Below are positions 46,050 through 59,760 of a DNA stretch of 64,000 nucleotides, one piece after another. The position numbers and the translations under genes are program-made. Source of the stretch: Raillietiella orientalis. Lineage: Eukaryota. Each line of letters opens with the position of its first letter. Position 1 is the first letter of the stretch. The notes beneath the pieces were generated by a model, which was not told the DNA's origin, searched no databases, and worked only from the letters and a program-made list of their open reading frames with translations. The stretch spans positions 248,001-312,000 of the forward strand of contig JAYWIR010000067.1 of assembly GCA_036172245.1 (NCBI GenBank), given 5' to 3'.

Positions 46050-46770
46050 AGCTATCAAGTCCTTCATGTGATCAAACGTCTTACGTGATTCCCGTATAAT
46101 CCCAGATGGGGGCGAAGGCTCATGGGGAAGCTCATGGGGAATCATGTAACCGGAATCAAATCACTTTTCCCCATCTCTTGAACCCTCGTCCAGTGCAGTC
46201 AGAAGAGTCCTTTCGAAGAAGTCGCATTTCTGACAACGAGACACACCTTGCTGCTCGCTTTACGGTTTGCGCGCTTCGCTAACCTGAAACACTGGAAAGA
46301 GCTATCGCCCTAGGCCATGTCCGTTCCAGCACTTCAACCCGCAATCAAGTTGCACGCAGTCCTCTCGGCGGCGCTGCCTCAATCCAGAGTGAGCAGCCCT
46401 TGAACCAGGAGCAAGTTACCTATTATCCCACAGTGCCCTACTCCCTCGAAGACCGCCGGCTCTTCACAGCCAGCGACTGGGAGAAGGTGCTCAAGGATGT
46501 CCGTTGCAGCATGTGCCACCCGTTGCCCACGCGAAGAACCTCGAGGGAGCGGGCGAGTGCATGGCAAGGAGGAATCCGCAGAGCAACAGAATGTGCAGAC
46601 AACGTGCCGCCAAGTTGCAACTAAGCGAAACTTTTCGAAGACGCTTCTTCCTGACAGATGCGCTGTGAACTGAATGCACGAGGGGAAAAGGGGGAAACTC
46701 CTTCCAGCAGCTTCGTCCCTACAAGGATGCCTACTTCCTAGAACATTCCACGAAATGAGATTTTGTACAC
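46050..46770 (+). mobile_element. Decayed 3' end of a CR1/L2-like LINE
   Basis: SLEDRRL and YKDAYF(P)RTFHE resemble the SLExRR and FKxSFFPRTxxEWN motifs of CR1/L2-group ORF2 C-termini. Confidence 0.4.
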
Positions 46771-47409
46771 AATTACAGCTGCAAGAAGGGAACCGTCATG
46801 AATTGCATTTGGAAGAGCATATCTAATGCGGGATCACAGAAGCCGTAAAAAGCTTTCCATTCTCTCGGAACGGATGGCATCGTGAATGGATTAAATTCAC
46901 CGCCATTTTTCGAAAAAAAAAAAAAAAAAAAACGAAGTTATGGGGTGTTGCCGCTGTGCAGCATTGGAAGCAGAACTTAACCTTTGCACGCAAAAGACTA
47001 CGATGGAACAAACCTCGAGAAACAGACGCTTTCGTTACCAATTACTGCTCGAGCCAAAGCGGCCACAGGGGGAAAAAAATTAAGAGATAAAAAACCTCCT
47101 CTCACTGGCTTTTTCTCTGCCGACTAAACTCTCTGGATGAACTTCAAAAACCATCAACCAAAAAGCTTCCTTCTTCCACGTAGGTCCTTGCCATCACTCG
47201 TCACACCCCAGTTATACATCACCCCATTCCCAAATGATTGCTGGGATACCACACGTGAACATTATCGCCATCGCGTAATCGTTATTATGACTTACCTACT
47301 ATACAGTGCTTATATTCAATTTTTATGGCGCCCTCCGTCACTGTACCTTACTTGCGTTTCTTGATTTCAACACGCAGAAGTAAAATGCAGCTCTCGTACA
47401 CGTTTAACA

Positions 47410-48170
47410 GCACTCACAGGAGTTGTTCACTCCGTGCACTTCCGTTTCGTTTCTAGGTGACCGACTGCACTGTATAATGGCCATTGAGAGATGGGTAATA
47501 CATAACCACCTCCCCTGGAACAGTAGGCTACACTTTCCACCTTCCCACACAGTCGCTCGCAGGTCTATCACCACCACCCTCACACTCTTCCCATCGACCA
47601 AAGTAGCAGCAAAGGTGGGCAAGAGCCCCCTTTTGGCGGCCCACTTGGACAAGGGCACTCGAAGCCGAAGGCGAATTTCCTTCTCGGCGCAGCAGCAACA
47701 GCCACTCCGATACAATCCGCGGCGGAACTTGGCTTCGTTTCTCTTGGGCAAATTGTCCACTGTTCTCCGCCGCATCCGTCCAGCACTCGTTGGAGGCAGT
47801 TCGTCTTGGTCGGTGACCCAACATGGGTTCGCCCGGCCATGTTGAATTGCTGGCATAGGCACTGGCAACCTCGTCTTCCCGTTTTCCACTTCTGCTCTAG
47901 AAATCCTGCGTGTCCGAGTGTCCCCACCGCCAGTTCCCTCCCTCCCTCTCTCTCTGAAGTCAACAGTCCGCCTCCCGCTTACGAAAAGCAAAGAGCGTGT
48001 GCTTGGCCCCTTTCCCCTGTCGCAACTCTCTTGGAAGACTCCGGAGTTCGTTCCTCTTACGCTTGGTAGGGAACTCTCCATCCTGGTTGCCTCCAAAGGG
48101 CACAACAAAGGGAATCTCCTTCCTTATTATGTTCAGAAGGACCCATTGGAGCGCGATGAAGCCGCCGCGG
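47410..48170 (+). mobile_element. Tx1/L1-clade LINE post-RT fragment
   Basis: 48060-48135 (gggaactctc...ctccaaaggg..c.acaaagggaatctcc) is colinear with 44590-44660. RIRPALVGG resembles LxxPxxxGG. Confidence 0.6.
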
Positions 48171-49029
48171 GCTGAGCACAGAGTCGCCGTCTCCCTGGAG
48201 CGGTTGGCTTGAAGCCACCTTCCGCCTCGTTTGCACTCCTGACGAGATGGAAGATTTTCCTGCGATGATGTGGAAGTCCCGATTGCGACCCTTCCCGCAT
48301 TCCCGAGTCCGGGATCACCACGCCCGCGCGGGTGGTCACGTTCGGACAGGCGGCCAGTGGAGGGCAGCAGTTGGACGATCTCAGACTCCCTGATACACGG
48401 GAGGTGCCCGGACGAATGGCGCCGTCCAGCTCAGGACTGGCTTCCCCCTGATCTGGGCGCCTCTCGAGGAAGGAGCGCCGCGCCTCCCTGTGCCGGAGTG
48501 TGCATGCGCGAGGAGTAAATCGGCGCCCCCGTGTCCCCCATATCGGCGATGAATGCTCCCTTCAGTTTATTTCAAGGTCACCTGCGATTTTACCAATTAC
48601 TTGGATCCCTTCACGCCATCTCACAGCCTTCCCGCCTTGCTGAATCGCAGCTCTGGCGCTAAATAAAGTATAAAGTTTTAGACGACGGCGATCGCGGAGC
48701 CGGTTCGTTCCCCCGCTCGGCGACTCTCCTCCTCCCGCGGAAATCCCTTCGTTCGACGGGGGGCACTGTTCGTCCCTGTGGATTCCTCGCGAAAGCTCCC
48801 TCTGTGGGCCGGGCTGGCGGTCGGACCGCACCGCACTGGGCAAACGCACCGGCACCCCACTCGCGTCCCAGCGACAAGGGTGTCCTCGGCAACTCGCCCA
48901 CCTTCCCGGGAGACAGGACGCGAGACTTGCCGCCTAGGGCCGGCAACCGTCTCGGGGAGCTGGTGGTTCCACCGCCTTCCCGGGTTCCCTCGCTTGCCGA
49001 GGTGGCAACGACTCGAAAAGCGCATCACC

Positions 49030-49320
49030 AGCTGATGCTACTGCGTTTACTCCTCTGCCGCCATTGCTATTCTGATAGCATACTTCCGTTACTATGGATG
49101 CCTCTACAGTATTTGACCATCGCTAGTGCTAACTACTAGTTGTCGTCCCAAGCCATCCCACTGTTATCATTATTATACTTATACTACAACCTTTCATTAG
49201 TACCAGCTTTACTATTACCGTTTTCTGTTCAATCTGTTCTTAACCATACTGCTACTCAATCATTTTCGATCATTATCACTGCTGTCTCCATTACCGTAGG
49301 CTTGTTATTTTCAGCGTCAT
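49030..49320. repeat. Degenerate (TAC/TGC/TAT)n low-complexity tract
   Basis: Trinucleotide periodicity (ctactg, ttactat, ttatcattattat). AT-rich relative to flanks. Confidence 0.55.
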
Positions 49321-51199
49321 AACGCAAAAGCATATTCCCTTGCATTCGCCTTTGCAGCTGTTTGAGCACAGCCATAAACGCCCTTATGCAACCCAATCAG
49401 AGCGCTGCACAGACGTCGTTCCTTTTCAGAGTTCCACTTCCGGAACTGGGATTAATATTCTTCGGGATTCGAGATTGGAATTTGGAATTCTTGCAAGCGA
49501 ACTTCCTTGCCCGGGGGTTTGAGCCGCTTTGCTTTCTGGCGAGCCCAGCAGCGAAAGGGGTCTCCATCGTAACGCAGAAATCATCATTTCATACAATGTA
49601 CACATGCATTGCAAAATAAACCTCCATAATCCATTCAGATTGAGCTAAAATAGAAAGATAAAAAAGTGCAATCAATATGGATACCGACACGGCTTCCCAC
49701 AAGTTATGCCTTCAAGCTGTCCTCTGCATTATGTGGTAACTTTTTATTAAGTTTTGGAAAGGTTTTAGATGAATTCCCACCTCTATCAATGTCAGGCGCT
49801 GAGACTGAAGGGTAGACCGGCGTGCCTGTTGGACCCCCCATGCTGTTTGGACGCACGAGTTTAGCTACAGCGAGTTTCCTGGCAACACGGAAGAACCTGT
49901 GCCTCCAGGTAAGTTGATCAAGCTTCTTTCGCTTCCCCTCCCCCCCTGCTCGCATGGATGGGGCGGGGGGGGGAGTGCCACCCTTCGTCCGGAAGGTCTG
50001 TTTTCATCGTGACGTGTAGGCACCACCCTGCCCCTGTTCCAGGAGTAGGTGGAAGCAGCAGCTGAACCCATGGGCTCCAGTCCCGCGGCAGCTTTTTCCA
50101 GGTTCCCCCTCTTCCTCGGCTTGGTTTTTACTCTGAGCGACGTTTCGGGAGCATTCTGGCAGTTTCCGCTCGGCATCATCGTGGGATTCCTCGCGGACCG
50201 GCCTCTGATGCGGCTCACGGAGAACTCTTTCCGCTTTCAATACATCCTCTTCTTGGCTACACAAAGCTGCGCTCGGTAAGGGACCAGCCCAGCTTGCTTC
50301 TCCAGGTTCCAGGATTCATAAAAGTTGGAAAACAAAAGCCAGAAATGCACAAAGGGACACCCAGACAAAAAAGGAAAGAAAGAAATCAATACGATAACAG
50401 AATGGCCATAAAAATAGGGAACGTAGGGTACGCCTGTGCATTTTTTACTATATATCTAGCTTGAAAAAAAAAAATTCCAAGGTAGTATAAACACCCTCAT
50501 TACTCAATACTTTGAAGCTTATCTCACTACTATAAAGCTTCTCGAGTAAAATTATGTGCTTCTCCGCAACGGTTTTCCTTTTTGCTTCTGCTTTTTTTTT
50601 TTCTTCTTTTTCCCCCTTTTCCTTTTACTTCCTTCGTCGAAACACATGGCGTTGAAGGACAGCGCCTCTTCCTTAATAGTAATTTCGACTGCTCTTCACC
50701 GTAAGTAAAGGGACGCAAGCATGAAACAAAGAATGAAACAAACAAACGAAGAAAGTCACATGTGGACTTTGCCTCCCCATTTCTCGGGGCAGATAAAGCG
50801 AGGGACCATAAAAGTGAACGACGTATCACGTGTTTTGAAATACGTGAACATTACGGAGGGGTCTGCTGGAGGGGTCCGCGGCGCTTCGCAGGCGGGAAAG
50901 CCGAAAACAGAAATGTCCGAATCGGAAGGGGTTGGCGCGTTGGCGCTGTCCTCGCCTATCGCTGCGTCACGTCCGGCCCCTCCAACAGGTTATCCGCGGC
51001 CCGCCAGCAGGCCTTCCATCAAGCGCTCTGCGCTCCCCGTTGGGAAAAATCGGATCCGCTTCTCTCTCACCTCGAAGCGGAGAAACGGAACTTCGGAATC
51101 CTTCCGAGATCATCGTTCGATCGAGGAAGATAAGGCAGGCAAGGAGCTCCGGGACAAATTGCTGGGACGTTCGGAAGCCCATTCCCAGTATCCAGGCGG

Positions 51200-51900
51200 C
51201 TTGAGGTTCGCAAAACCATCACTCAACGTCCCAGGAGGGGGAAACTGCAGCGTTGCTGAAACCATCGCTCGGATGGACCGGATGATGCAGCCGGCAGACG
51301 TTCCTCCCCGAAGCTGGTGAAGCTGGGGACGAGCGAACCCAGTTTGAGTCGCGGTGATGCGGACGCAGCTGCTGTAAAGGTCCTCTTCTTCGAAGTGACC
51401 ACGCCGAGATCGGCCAGAAACGTAGTGCTGCTGCAAGAATGGCAGCAGTACCGTTCTTGAGAGGGGACATCGTGGAAGTCACGTGAGCAGCTTGTAGATG
51501 CAGAGGAATCCGATTCCGCACCCACGTGGCGCCGCCAATTCTCCAGCTAGTGAGCATGCGAATGCACCTCACGTATCGTACATACAAAGACGTAATCTTA
51601 CAAGGTGGAAATCGCATGCAGCTGGCCACGCCCATCCACATGAGTGAAAACTTGAGCGCAGACCCCGCTGGGAAGAAGGTCTTGCCATCAGCATTCCCTG
51701 AGTGTTCAAAGCTTCAGATCAAGGGGACCGATAGTCTTCACAGAAACTGCGTCCGGGGCAGATCGGGGTACTTCATTTGGAAGAATCCAGGGGATGCAAG
51801 ACGAGGAAACACACCAGTCGCACACCTTGGACCTGAAGATACGGTCTGGGGTGAACAGAGACACCTGTTGTTCTCCCATGGCTTTATCAGGAGAAAAATC
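51200..51900 (-). mobile_element. Decayed I/Jockey-group LINE fragment
   Basis: RCATGVFPRLASPGFFQMKYPDLP resembles RxATGAFRTSPxxSLxxExxxPPL. Weak. Confidence 0.3.
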
Positions 51901-51949
51901 GTTTCCTGTTCCTTCGCTTGAAAATTGCCCGTGTTGGAGGTCATTTGGC

Positions 51950-52890
51950 TACGGCCTCCGCGTGTGATACTAAGCGTTGCGGCTTCTTATACCTGTAGAG
52001 GTTCGACCTATCGAGCAGGCCCATGGGATGCTAGACGGCGCGTCAACTGGCTGACGCGTGTACCCCCGCAGCCCTCTCCAAAGGAATTCTTGGTTGGGAG
52101 GAGCTTCTGGACATTCCTGTTGAAGAGGCGGAAATTTCCCCAACGGTTGTGGACAGCTCCACGCTTCCCCTGAAGTGGCAGAACTCGGCATTGCAGCTGT
52201 TGCACTGGGCGATCCCATGCAACTCACGAGTTCACCCCTGGACAAGGGGGAGTGTAACCCCAGACTGCGCCAGGTGAGGGGAACGGGAAACCTTCCCGCA
52301 ACTGTTGTTGGATTATGTTGCCTTCCTGAATGTCCGGGAACCCTTCGCTGCGTCCCTCCCATTCCCGATGCACAACGGCAGAGAGGTGCTTCTTGGCGCG
52401 CGACTCGATGTCGCCTGCACCTTGCCTCGCAGCTCCGTGCTGCCTTCGTGGGATTGGGGCGGCGCCGAGAGGCCGCTCCCAAACAGACCAGTCAAACGAT
52501 GAGGTCATTGCAATCTCCTACCCCTTCGCGAGGAAGGCAACAAGATGGTCACTTCTCTGTCAACAAAAGGAGAAAGTTGCCAGCATCCTCCAGAGGATAG
52601 CGAGGACGCCAGGAAGACAATATGTGATCCCCTCCACCAACATATTTTTAAACTGAACTTTTCTATTTTTTTTCCCGTGTTTTTGTTTACTTCTCCCACT
52701 TTTGTGCGGATCTGATTGGGATAGCTGCTCACGAGAAGCAGCACCTCCGAGGCATTTCCCTTCGTAGTGATGATCTGAAATCTCTACGAAGAAGAACACC
52801 TTTTTATAATTCGTTTTTTTGGCCGTTTTTTTTTTTGAAAAATTTTTTTTTTTCTTTTACAATAAACGCCACGGCGTGGCCGGGTGAAAA
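51950..52890 (+). mobile_element. Tx1/L1-clade LINE 3' end with complete 3' UTR
   Basis: WQNSALQLLHWAIPCNSRVHPWTRGSVTPDCAR*GERE, the family 3' end, AATAAA and terminal cggcgtggccgggtgaaaa. Confidence 0.75.
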
Positions 52891-52949
52891 TGAAGGGTTG
52901 ATCACGAGAAAAGGGTGCGCCGTGGGCTTCGAAAGGGTGCCCATTTCGC

Positions 52950-53345
52950 AGGAGGGCTCTGGTTAGTCTATAGGCTTCAAGTGTGACACTGGTGGAATCC
53001 GAAAACCGGACGCCCCCCTGACCAGCCTGGATTGGACGTCGACCCTCCGCATTCCTCCAGAGATGAAGGAGTCCTTCGGGATCCCCTCCGGTTTTCCAAA
53101 TGGAGCCGTCCCCTTCTTCGAGGGGGAGGGACCCTCCATCGCATATCATGGAGCTGGTTGATGCTCCCTTCGGGGGTTGACTTTCCAGAGCGTCAGAAGT
53201 GCGCTGTTCCCTCCCAAGCGTAAAAGGAACGGACTCCTTTTTTCCGGAGCCTCCCTGGATTCCATAGGGGTCATCCCCTAGCTCGAAGAGTGACACACAC
53301 CCTCGGGTGGCGTGGACAGGGAGCTTCGTGATCCGTTTCCCACCC
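52950..53345 (-). mobile_element. LINE post-RT fragment, inverted
   Basis: Colinear with 56190-56350 and with the reverse complement of 44520-44890. Confidence 0.55.
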
Positions 53346-53899
53346 TGAGGAGGTGGAGGGACACTTGGAGGTGGTCCAGGCGGCTTGCTGGTGCTACCGG
53401 CACCGACTCGGTTGCGCGGTGGACAGGCACTGCGGCATCTCGGACGCAGAATTGCGTCCGCGAAGAACCGCGAAGGCGGTTCCCCGGAGGTGCCACGGGG
53501 CCGTCTTTGCTCGTCGCTTCCACTTGCCCGGGAAGCTCTTGGAGTCATCCGGCGAGTGGGTAGCCCTCCCGTGCTCCGCGCCCGGCGCATTCAGGGGTCG
53601 CCACGGCGTCTCTGCGTCGTCTTCCGCGATGCCAGATTCCGGAAAGATGACATCGGCGGTTCCGGAATCGGATGCAGCACTGTCGCCTCCCTGCACGCAA
53701 CATGGACTGTCTGCTGCGGACTGGCAACCCTGCGCTCTCTCGCAGTCGCGACGGGACGAAGCCTCTGGGATTTCCACCGAGGTAGAAAGTCGCCCTGACG
53801 CAATGGCACCAGTGGATCCCCTACTGTTCTGTACTGTGGGAGGCAGTTGAGCGCATGCAACGTGGACAAGCCTGTGATTGTTCCGCAACGTCCATCGCC

Positions 53900-56140
53900 C
53901 TGGAAGAGTCTCTCTAGAGAAAGGGGCCCACCAGCACTACTGAAAACGGATCAGTCCCTCAGCCACAGAGATGCCTTACTTTCCCAGTGAGGGTTGAAAC
54001 GACGGTTGTCAACCGGTGAGGTGGCAGTCGTCTATCTCCACAGCAGGAGTAACCGGGAACTCCCGGGCTGTTGGACGACGACGAACGGAGCCAATCCGGC
54101 GATCCCTAGTGGAAGGACCGCTTTGATGGAGACATCCTACACGCAGGACTTGCGATCCTCTCCCTGTATTGGAACTACGCACCCGACACTGCGAGGGATG
54201 GCGGCGGCACGTGAGACGTCTCTCTTCTTGCACTGGGGTTTCCTGCGCAACGAGTGACCTCCGGCGTCTCCGAACCGCTCCAGGTACACGGAAGCTGCTC
54301 GCACATGCTTTCGGACTGCGGTGCTCCTCGGAGTAGCTGGAGATGACCTCCGTATGCCCTGTTTCGACATCCGCGAGGAGCTGCTCGGGCGCTCAGCGAA
54401 GGCAGACTTTCGCCATGGCGGCAATCCTGCGCTGCATCAGGAGGTAGTGACCGTACTCCCCGCGTCGGAGGCGAGGCTGGAAGACGGAAGGTCACGCTCT
54501 TCGCCTCCTGAGATGTAAGGAGAGGTCAAGAAGAAAAAAAAAATGTTCATCCATGTAAGCGAGGATGAGGTCACGACAGGGTCGAGATTCACTGAGATCG
54601 TGCTGCTGCTTTTCCCGGTCACTGCTAGCCTGGACTGCCCTCCCGCACCTCCGCTTAACGTCGAAACCGTTCGAACCTGCTGCCTCCTCTGCTCGAAGTC
54701 TCAGACGAGACCCTGCGCACAGAAGACGTGGAGATTCGCCGAATCTTCAACCTTTTCGCGTCAGGGTTGTTCCCGGTTCCCACCTTCAGTGTAGGCTAGA
54801 GTATTCGGGACGACTTCTTGGAAGGAGTCCAATAGCGCGCTCAGAAAGCAGGACTTTGCGACTCAGAGTGTTCCCTGGGGAAGCAGGAAGAAAATAAAGA
54901 AACGAGTAGAACGTAAACCCTTCTTGGCTTCTTCTCTGGCTGAAGAGTTTCAGTTCCTGACATCCTCCCGGAGAGGACAAAGGGTTCCTCAAGTGCTCGA
55001 CGGAAGATCTCATTTGAGAGAGGGGAGATGCGCTAAACGCATCCAGCACATTGTAGCTGAAGTGCTCTCGCTTCGCATTGCGCTGCATCGAAAAAGTCAT
55101 CGACGGCTCTCAGTTCCACTTCTGCTGCGTTGTCGCTACCCAGCAGTTCAACGCAACCATCGTCCTTTCTCTTCCCTCTGCCTCGCATTTCCCAAGGACA
55201 TTGGTTGGATATTTACGGATGAAAACGACGTCCAGTCTGATTGCCTTCCCTTCTATCCCTGGACCGCGGTGGCGGCCATGTGGTGCGGTCTCCGTGCGTG
55301 GCACCAAGCGCTGCGGGTTCGGATCCCCAAGTTGAGGATCGACGACAAGAATAGAGCACACGTCCCTGCCCTCCTTGTTCCTAGGAGGAGACCATCCATT
55401 GCGTACCATGGAGCTGGTTGATGTCGCTCCAGAGTGTCAAGAAGCGCGCTGTTCCCTCGAGGAGCGTCCTTCAGAAAAATCCGGAAATGTTTCTTCCGGG
55501 TTCTCTTCAGAGGACGAAACAAGGAGCAATCTCCTCCGGGAAACCATTCTGGAGAAAATAAGAGGCTCCCTTTGAGGTTCCCTTCAGAGACAACCAGGAC
55601 AACCGGACTGTCACAGGAGACAACCGGACTGTCGCAGGAGCGGGAGTCCGCACCTCTAGAAAACTGTGTTGCCCTCCGACCCCTGTGGGAACGTTTGGAA
55701 ACGACCCTCCGGATCCCGATTGGCACCTTCAGAGACGTTTCACGGCTCCTCTTTGCGCGGGACGCCCTGCAGACAGCCGCAGCTCTAGCAGCGCCTTGCT
55801 GCATCCGCGGGACTGCGGCGGCCTGGAGCGAAACCAACGGAGGAAGGAACGACAGGGATGCCGTTCACTTCGCTGTTCTCTTTCTGCGGATGGTGTCCAG
55901 AGGGCCCCATCTGCACAGTCTACAAATGGACTTAGCCAGCGTCCTTGAAAAGATGCAGACTCTCTCCAGAGGACAGTGATCCCTTTCCGGCCCTCCCAAA
56001 GATTTTTTATTTATTTTTCTTTTTGTTTTCTCCCTCCCCCTCGGCTGTCAAAGTGATCCCCGCCGGTCTGAGTACCGGTGACCCGGAAGGTCCATGGACA
56101 GGTGGAGTGTGGTAGGACCACGTGTCCTACCACAATTTAT
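53900..56140 (+). mobile_element. Stack of LINE 3' fragments (with an inverted piece at about 55400-55570)
   Basis: SLFLHWGFLRNE (54220). The family 3' end at 55930-56140 has an 11-bp hairpin. 55400-55570 is the reverse complement of 44720-44890. Confidence 0.6.
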
Positions 56141-56149
56141 GAGGCTATT

Positions 56150-57900
56150 TTTCATTTTCAGGAATGCCCCGGCGTGTCCTGGTGGAAATCTGAGAGGACC
56201 AGAGCGAGAGTTGCCTCCCAAGCATAAGAGGAACAGATTCCTTCTTCTGGAACCTTCCTGAATTCATAGGATGGTCCCCTTCGGAGTCACTCCGTAACTT
56301 GAACATGCACCCTCGGGTGAAGTGGACAGCGTGAAAGAGCTTCGTGAGCCCTCCTCCCTCTTCTTCCCCCAAAGTAGGCGAACTTGGCGAACCAAAAAAA
56401 AGAAAATCATTGCTTTATATCCGGGACAATAGGTCCAACTACCAGCTTCAAGTGCTGAATATCAGCCTGGATCTGCCTTCCTAACCTCTCGTGGTCCACC
56501 TCGCGGTCGTGCGAAGCACCCAAAGAATATGCAAAAAGCGAGTCACCGAAAAGCATCCACATGACCTTATCCACGATGAGGAGCGCGACGACAGGCTCCT
56601 TGACCGGTAACGCAGTCATCGGTGAGCGAGTCCATCCCACCTCTCTCGTTCAACTTGCTTGTTCGTGCTCCTTCCCCCATTTGCTGTCCTCAGAGAGGTG
56701 TGCGCCCCTTCGTTTCTGGTGGGCACATGTCGGACCCTTCCTTATTTCTGCAAGGAGTGTGGAAACAGTGGGGACATCTTCGCCTCACTCTTTTTCAACA
56801 ATCCCTGAACTTTGGAAAAATTGTTTATTTATTTCTTTTGAAGAAACGGTCTGGCAATCCTGAGCAAGAAAGTCACGAAGCATTTAATCTGAGAGGGAAC
56901 ATGCCAAATAAATAAATAAAGGTACAGAAACGGGAGCTGCCTCTCGAGCGACGATTGCCTGCTACGGATGGAAACGCTGACCACGCAGATGAATCATGCG
57001 TGCGAGACACTTATGAGAACGAAAAGGGAAAATAAATGAAGACAAATAAATAGGAGGCGTGTGGTCCGCCTTTGCATTAACACACGTAGTTCGAAGAACG
57101 CCCTTCACCTCTTCGTTTAGTTGGGATCGCTTTCCCATTGCCCTCCAAGGGCAGAGACACCACGGTGGCTGTCGCCCCCAGCCATGCTGCGTAAGCAGCT
57201 CAGCGTCCCAGCCACCGCAACTGGAGGAAATCCATCTTGGGTGAAGAACTGCCGTAGCAGACTTATCGATTCCTCATCCGGGTGATATCAAGCTTCCGTG
57301 GCTCCATTTGGTCGGAGCATTAAAGAAGACTGTCGCCGGCATCTTGTGCAGGCTGCAGGAGGAGCGAAGCAACTATCCCGGCAACCCTGCAGCCTACCTC
57401 CCACACGCATGTTCCTTCAAAAACAAATTTTATTTATTTATTTTCACATCGTAAGGATCCCGAAGCGACCTTTTGGAAGCACAGTGCACCCAATTATCCG
57501 GGTGGCTGATCCGGCAGAGTTTCGCCCCACAATTCTTGTTCTCACCGCCATCTTTTGGAGACCTCCCCTTCACACCCGCTTCCCCAGAATGCCTTGCACA
57601 AGAAACCTGTAAGGATGGTCTTGTTCTATCTGCCTTCGTGTCCTCGAAACGGAGATGCCCGTTGCAAGGTAAGTGACCTGTCTTTCGTCCGACCGAACAC
57701 CTCTCGGAGCGCATGGGTGGTTGACGCCAGTTCCGTGCGAACGGCAATGCTCTCTGATCTCGTCTGGTCGATACTGGGTCTCCTTGGCTGCCTGAAGAAA
57801 ATCCGCTTCATCACACGGTAATCTTGACCGATGGGTGGCTTTGATAGGATCCCCAGGATTTGTAAATGAATCGGCGTTCACATCTGGTTCCGTTAATACC
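56150..57900 (-). mobile_element. LINE ORF2 fragments (linker, RT, post-RT)
   Basis: ASHDREVDHERL resembles KAFDRVDHxYL. EEGGGL is the post-RT motif. Confidence 0.5.
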
Positions 57901-58559
57901 CTTTTTGAATTACGGCCTATTGAGAGCGACTAATAGCGCAACCTAGCTGCAGAGCAAGCTTGCTCTCCGGTGTTCCACCTCAACTGATCTCAAATCATTG
58001 GGAGGTTTTTCCTTTTTTTTTTTTTTTTTTCTTCTGTTTTTCCTTCTTCCTTCCTTTCTTCCTTGGTAGGCGACGAACGGATTAGTTATTGGCAATCGAA
58101 GATCAGGGTAAAGCACCATAAATTGCTTAGTATGCGTCATTCAACAGCCACGGATCCGAAACCGATTCAGAAGTCTTTCTCAAGGAGACGTGCTCTGTTG
58201 GCGTGTTTCGTGGTCACATGTTTTCCCGAGCGCTTCGCTAAAGCCTCGCGGCGTTCCCCATCTTTGATGTTGCTAGAAAGCACTCAAAGGTCTGTGAAAA
58301 AAAAAAAAAAAAAAAAGTCATCTTGGCCTTCAACAATGGAAATTCCCGAAGCTCTTCCTTTCTAACAATGGAAGCTCAGCGAAAGTTCTTTCCTCAACAA
58401 TGGAAGCTAGACAGATTTCGTTCTGTCGTAAGCAATGGAAGTTTCGAACACGTGGTGAATCTGTCGAGGCGGATATCAACTTCCATTGGCTCGCTCTTGC
58501 AATCGTACGTTTCAGCCGGAGCCTTCAGTAGGGGAGGAGGGACGGGGACGCTTTGACCC

Positions 58560-59760
58560 TGTTCGTTCGGAAATCGACCAGGAGAGCAGCCGGAGGAGAA
58601 GGGCAATGCCTCTCCCCATAGGATTCACCTAGGCAACAGCGTTCCGAGGAAAGTCTCGGCACCTGTTGGGAGCCTTCCGACATCTCCGCTCGCAGCCGAG
58701 GAGGTACCCAGCAGAAGAAGCCCTCGTTCCTCCTTTCGGAACCACTCAGTTCTCTTTTGACCCTCTCCATCTCACCCTCCCTCTCTCCGACCCCTTCCTG
58801 GCATCCGTTCTGAGCTTCGCTGCGCCTACCACCGATCTCCGGACTGCGAGCCGCCAGTTCCCACAATCCTCCTAGTCCCCACCTTTTTTTATCAAATGTG
58901 GCAGGAGAGTCCAGCGGAGTTCCAGTGGGAGTCAGGTGATACAGCACTAGTGGGGTTCTCTCGGCGTTTCGCGGAGGAGGATTAGCGCAGGGACGTCTCC
59001 TGCAGAGAGACGGGAGCCTACGCAGCCTAATCAGCTGACGTCCAACCACATCGGAGAACTCGGACCCCAGGCTTTTTTCGAAAGCTGCTGACCAAGAGTC
59101 TTGGAATGGCTGGGATTTCTTGGTCAGTCCGGAGCGAACCTATGCTGTTTCTGGGAGGCATTCCAGCTCTTCGCGCGGATCCGGCTTTGGCTCTCACGTC
59201 GCGTTGCGCCGGACGGCCCAAGAAGCAGCTAATGCTGAGACGAGCCAGAGGCGGAAAGAATGGCAACGGGGAGGAAAGAGAAAACGGCAGAAGCTCCGAC
59301 GATCGCAGTGGACCTGCAAGAGGCGCTCGCCTGAGGCGACCAGGAACTCCTTCTGGAGCTCTCGGAACTCCTCAACTTCCCGGCACACGTATTGGAGCGT
59401 CTCCTGACACAGCGCGTTGATGGTCATCTGCTTTGCAGCAGCGGCCACGTTTACGGCGTTTCTGCCCTCAGGAGCACTCATGCAAGTAGGCAGTTTAATC
59501 CTTTCTTCAGCATTTTCGAGTTAGCGCTGGAGACGTACAGCCTGACGCTGACCAAACCGCACTGCACGCCTGCATTGCCGATATATGCGGGTGATCTGCT
59601 TCTCCTGCTTGTTGTGTCTAACTCGACGGCGTCGCTTGAGGCATTCTTCGGGTCTATCCGCGAGGGAGCAGGCATGTGCGTCGACAGAACAGGGTCCGTG
59701 GTCGTCCAAGCTATAGCACAGTGGAAGGGGTAGTAGGGCCCAATCTGCTCTATCGCTTCT
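58560..59760 (-). mobile_element. Decayed RT domain of a Tx1/L1-clade LINE
   Basis: IDPKNASSDAV resembles LDQEKAFDRV. GCA GAT GAC (ADD) at about 59415-59430. EFLVASGER resembles FxxASGxKxN. Confidence 0.6.

Noticed and set aside
49140..49322. Hydrophobic 60-aa ORF, possible second NUMT or membrane peptide
   Set aside because: It derives from a degenerate trinucleotide repeat, and I recognise no mitochondrial protein motif in either code.
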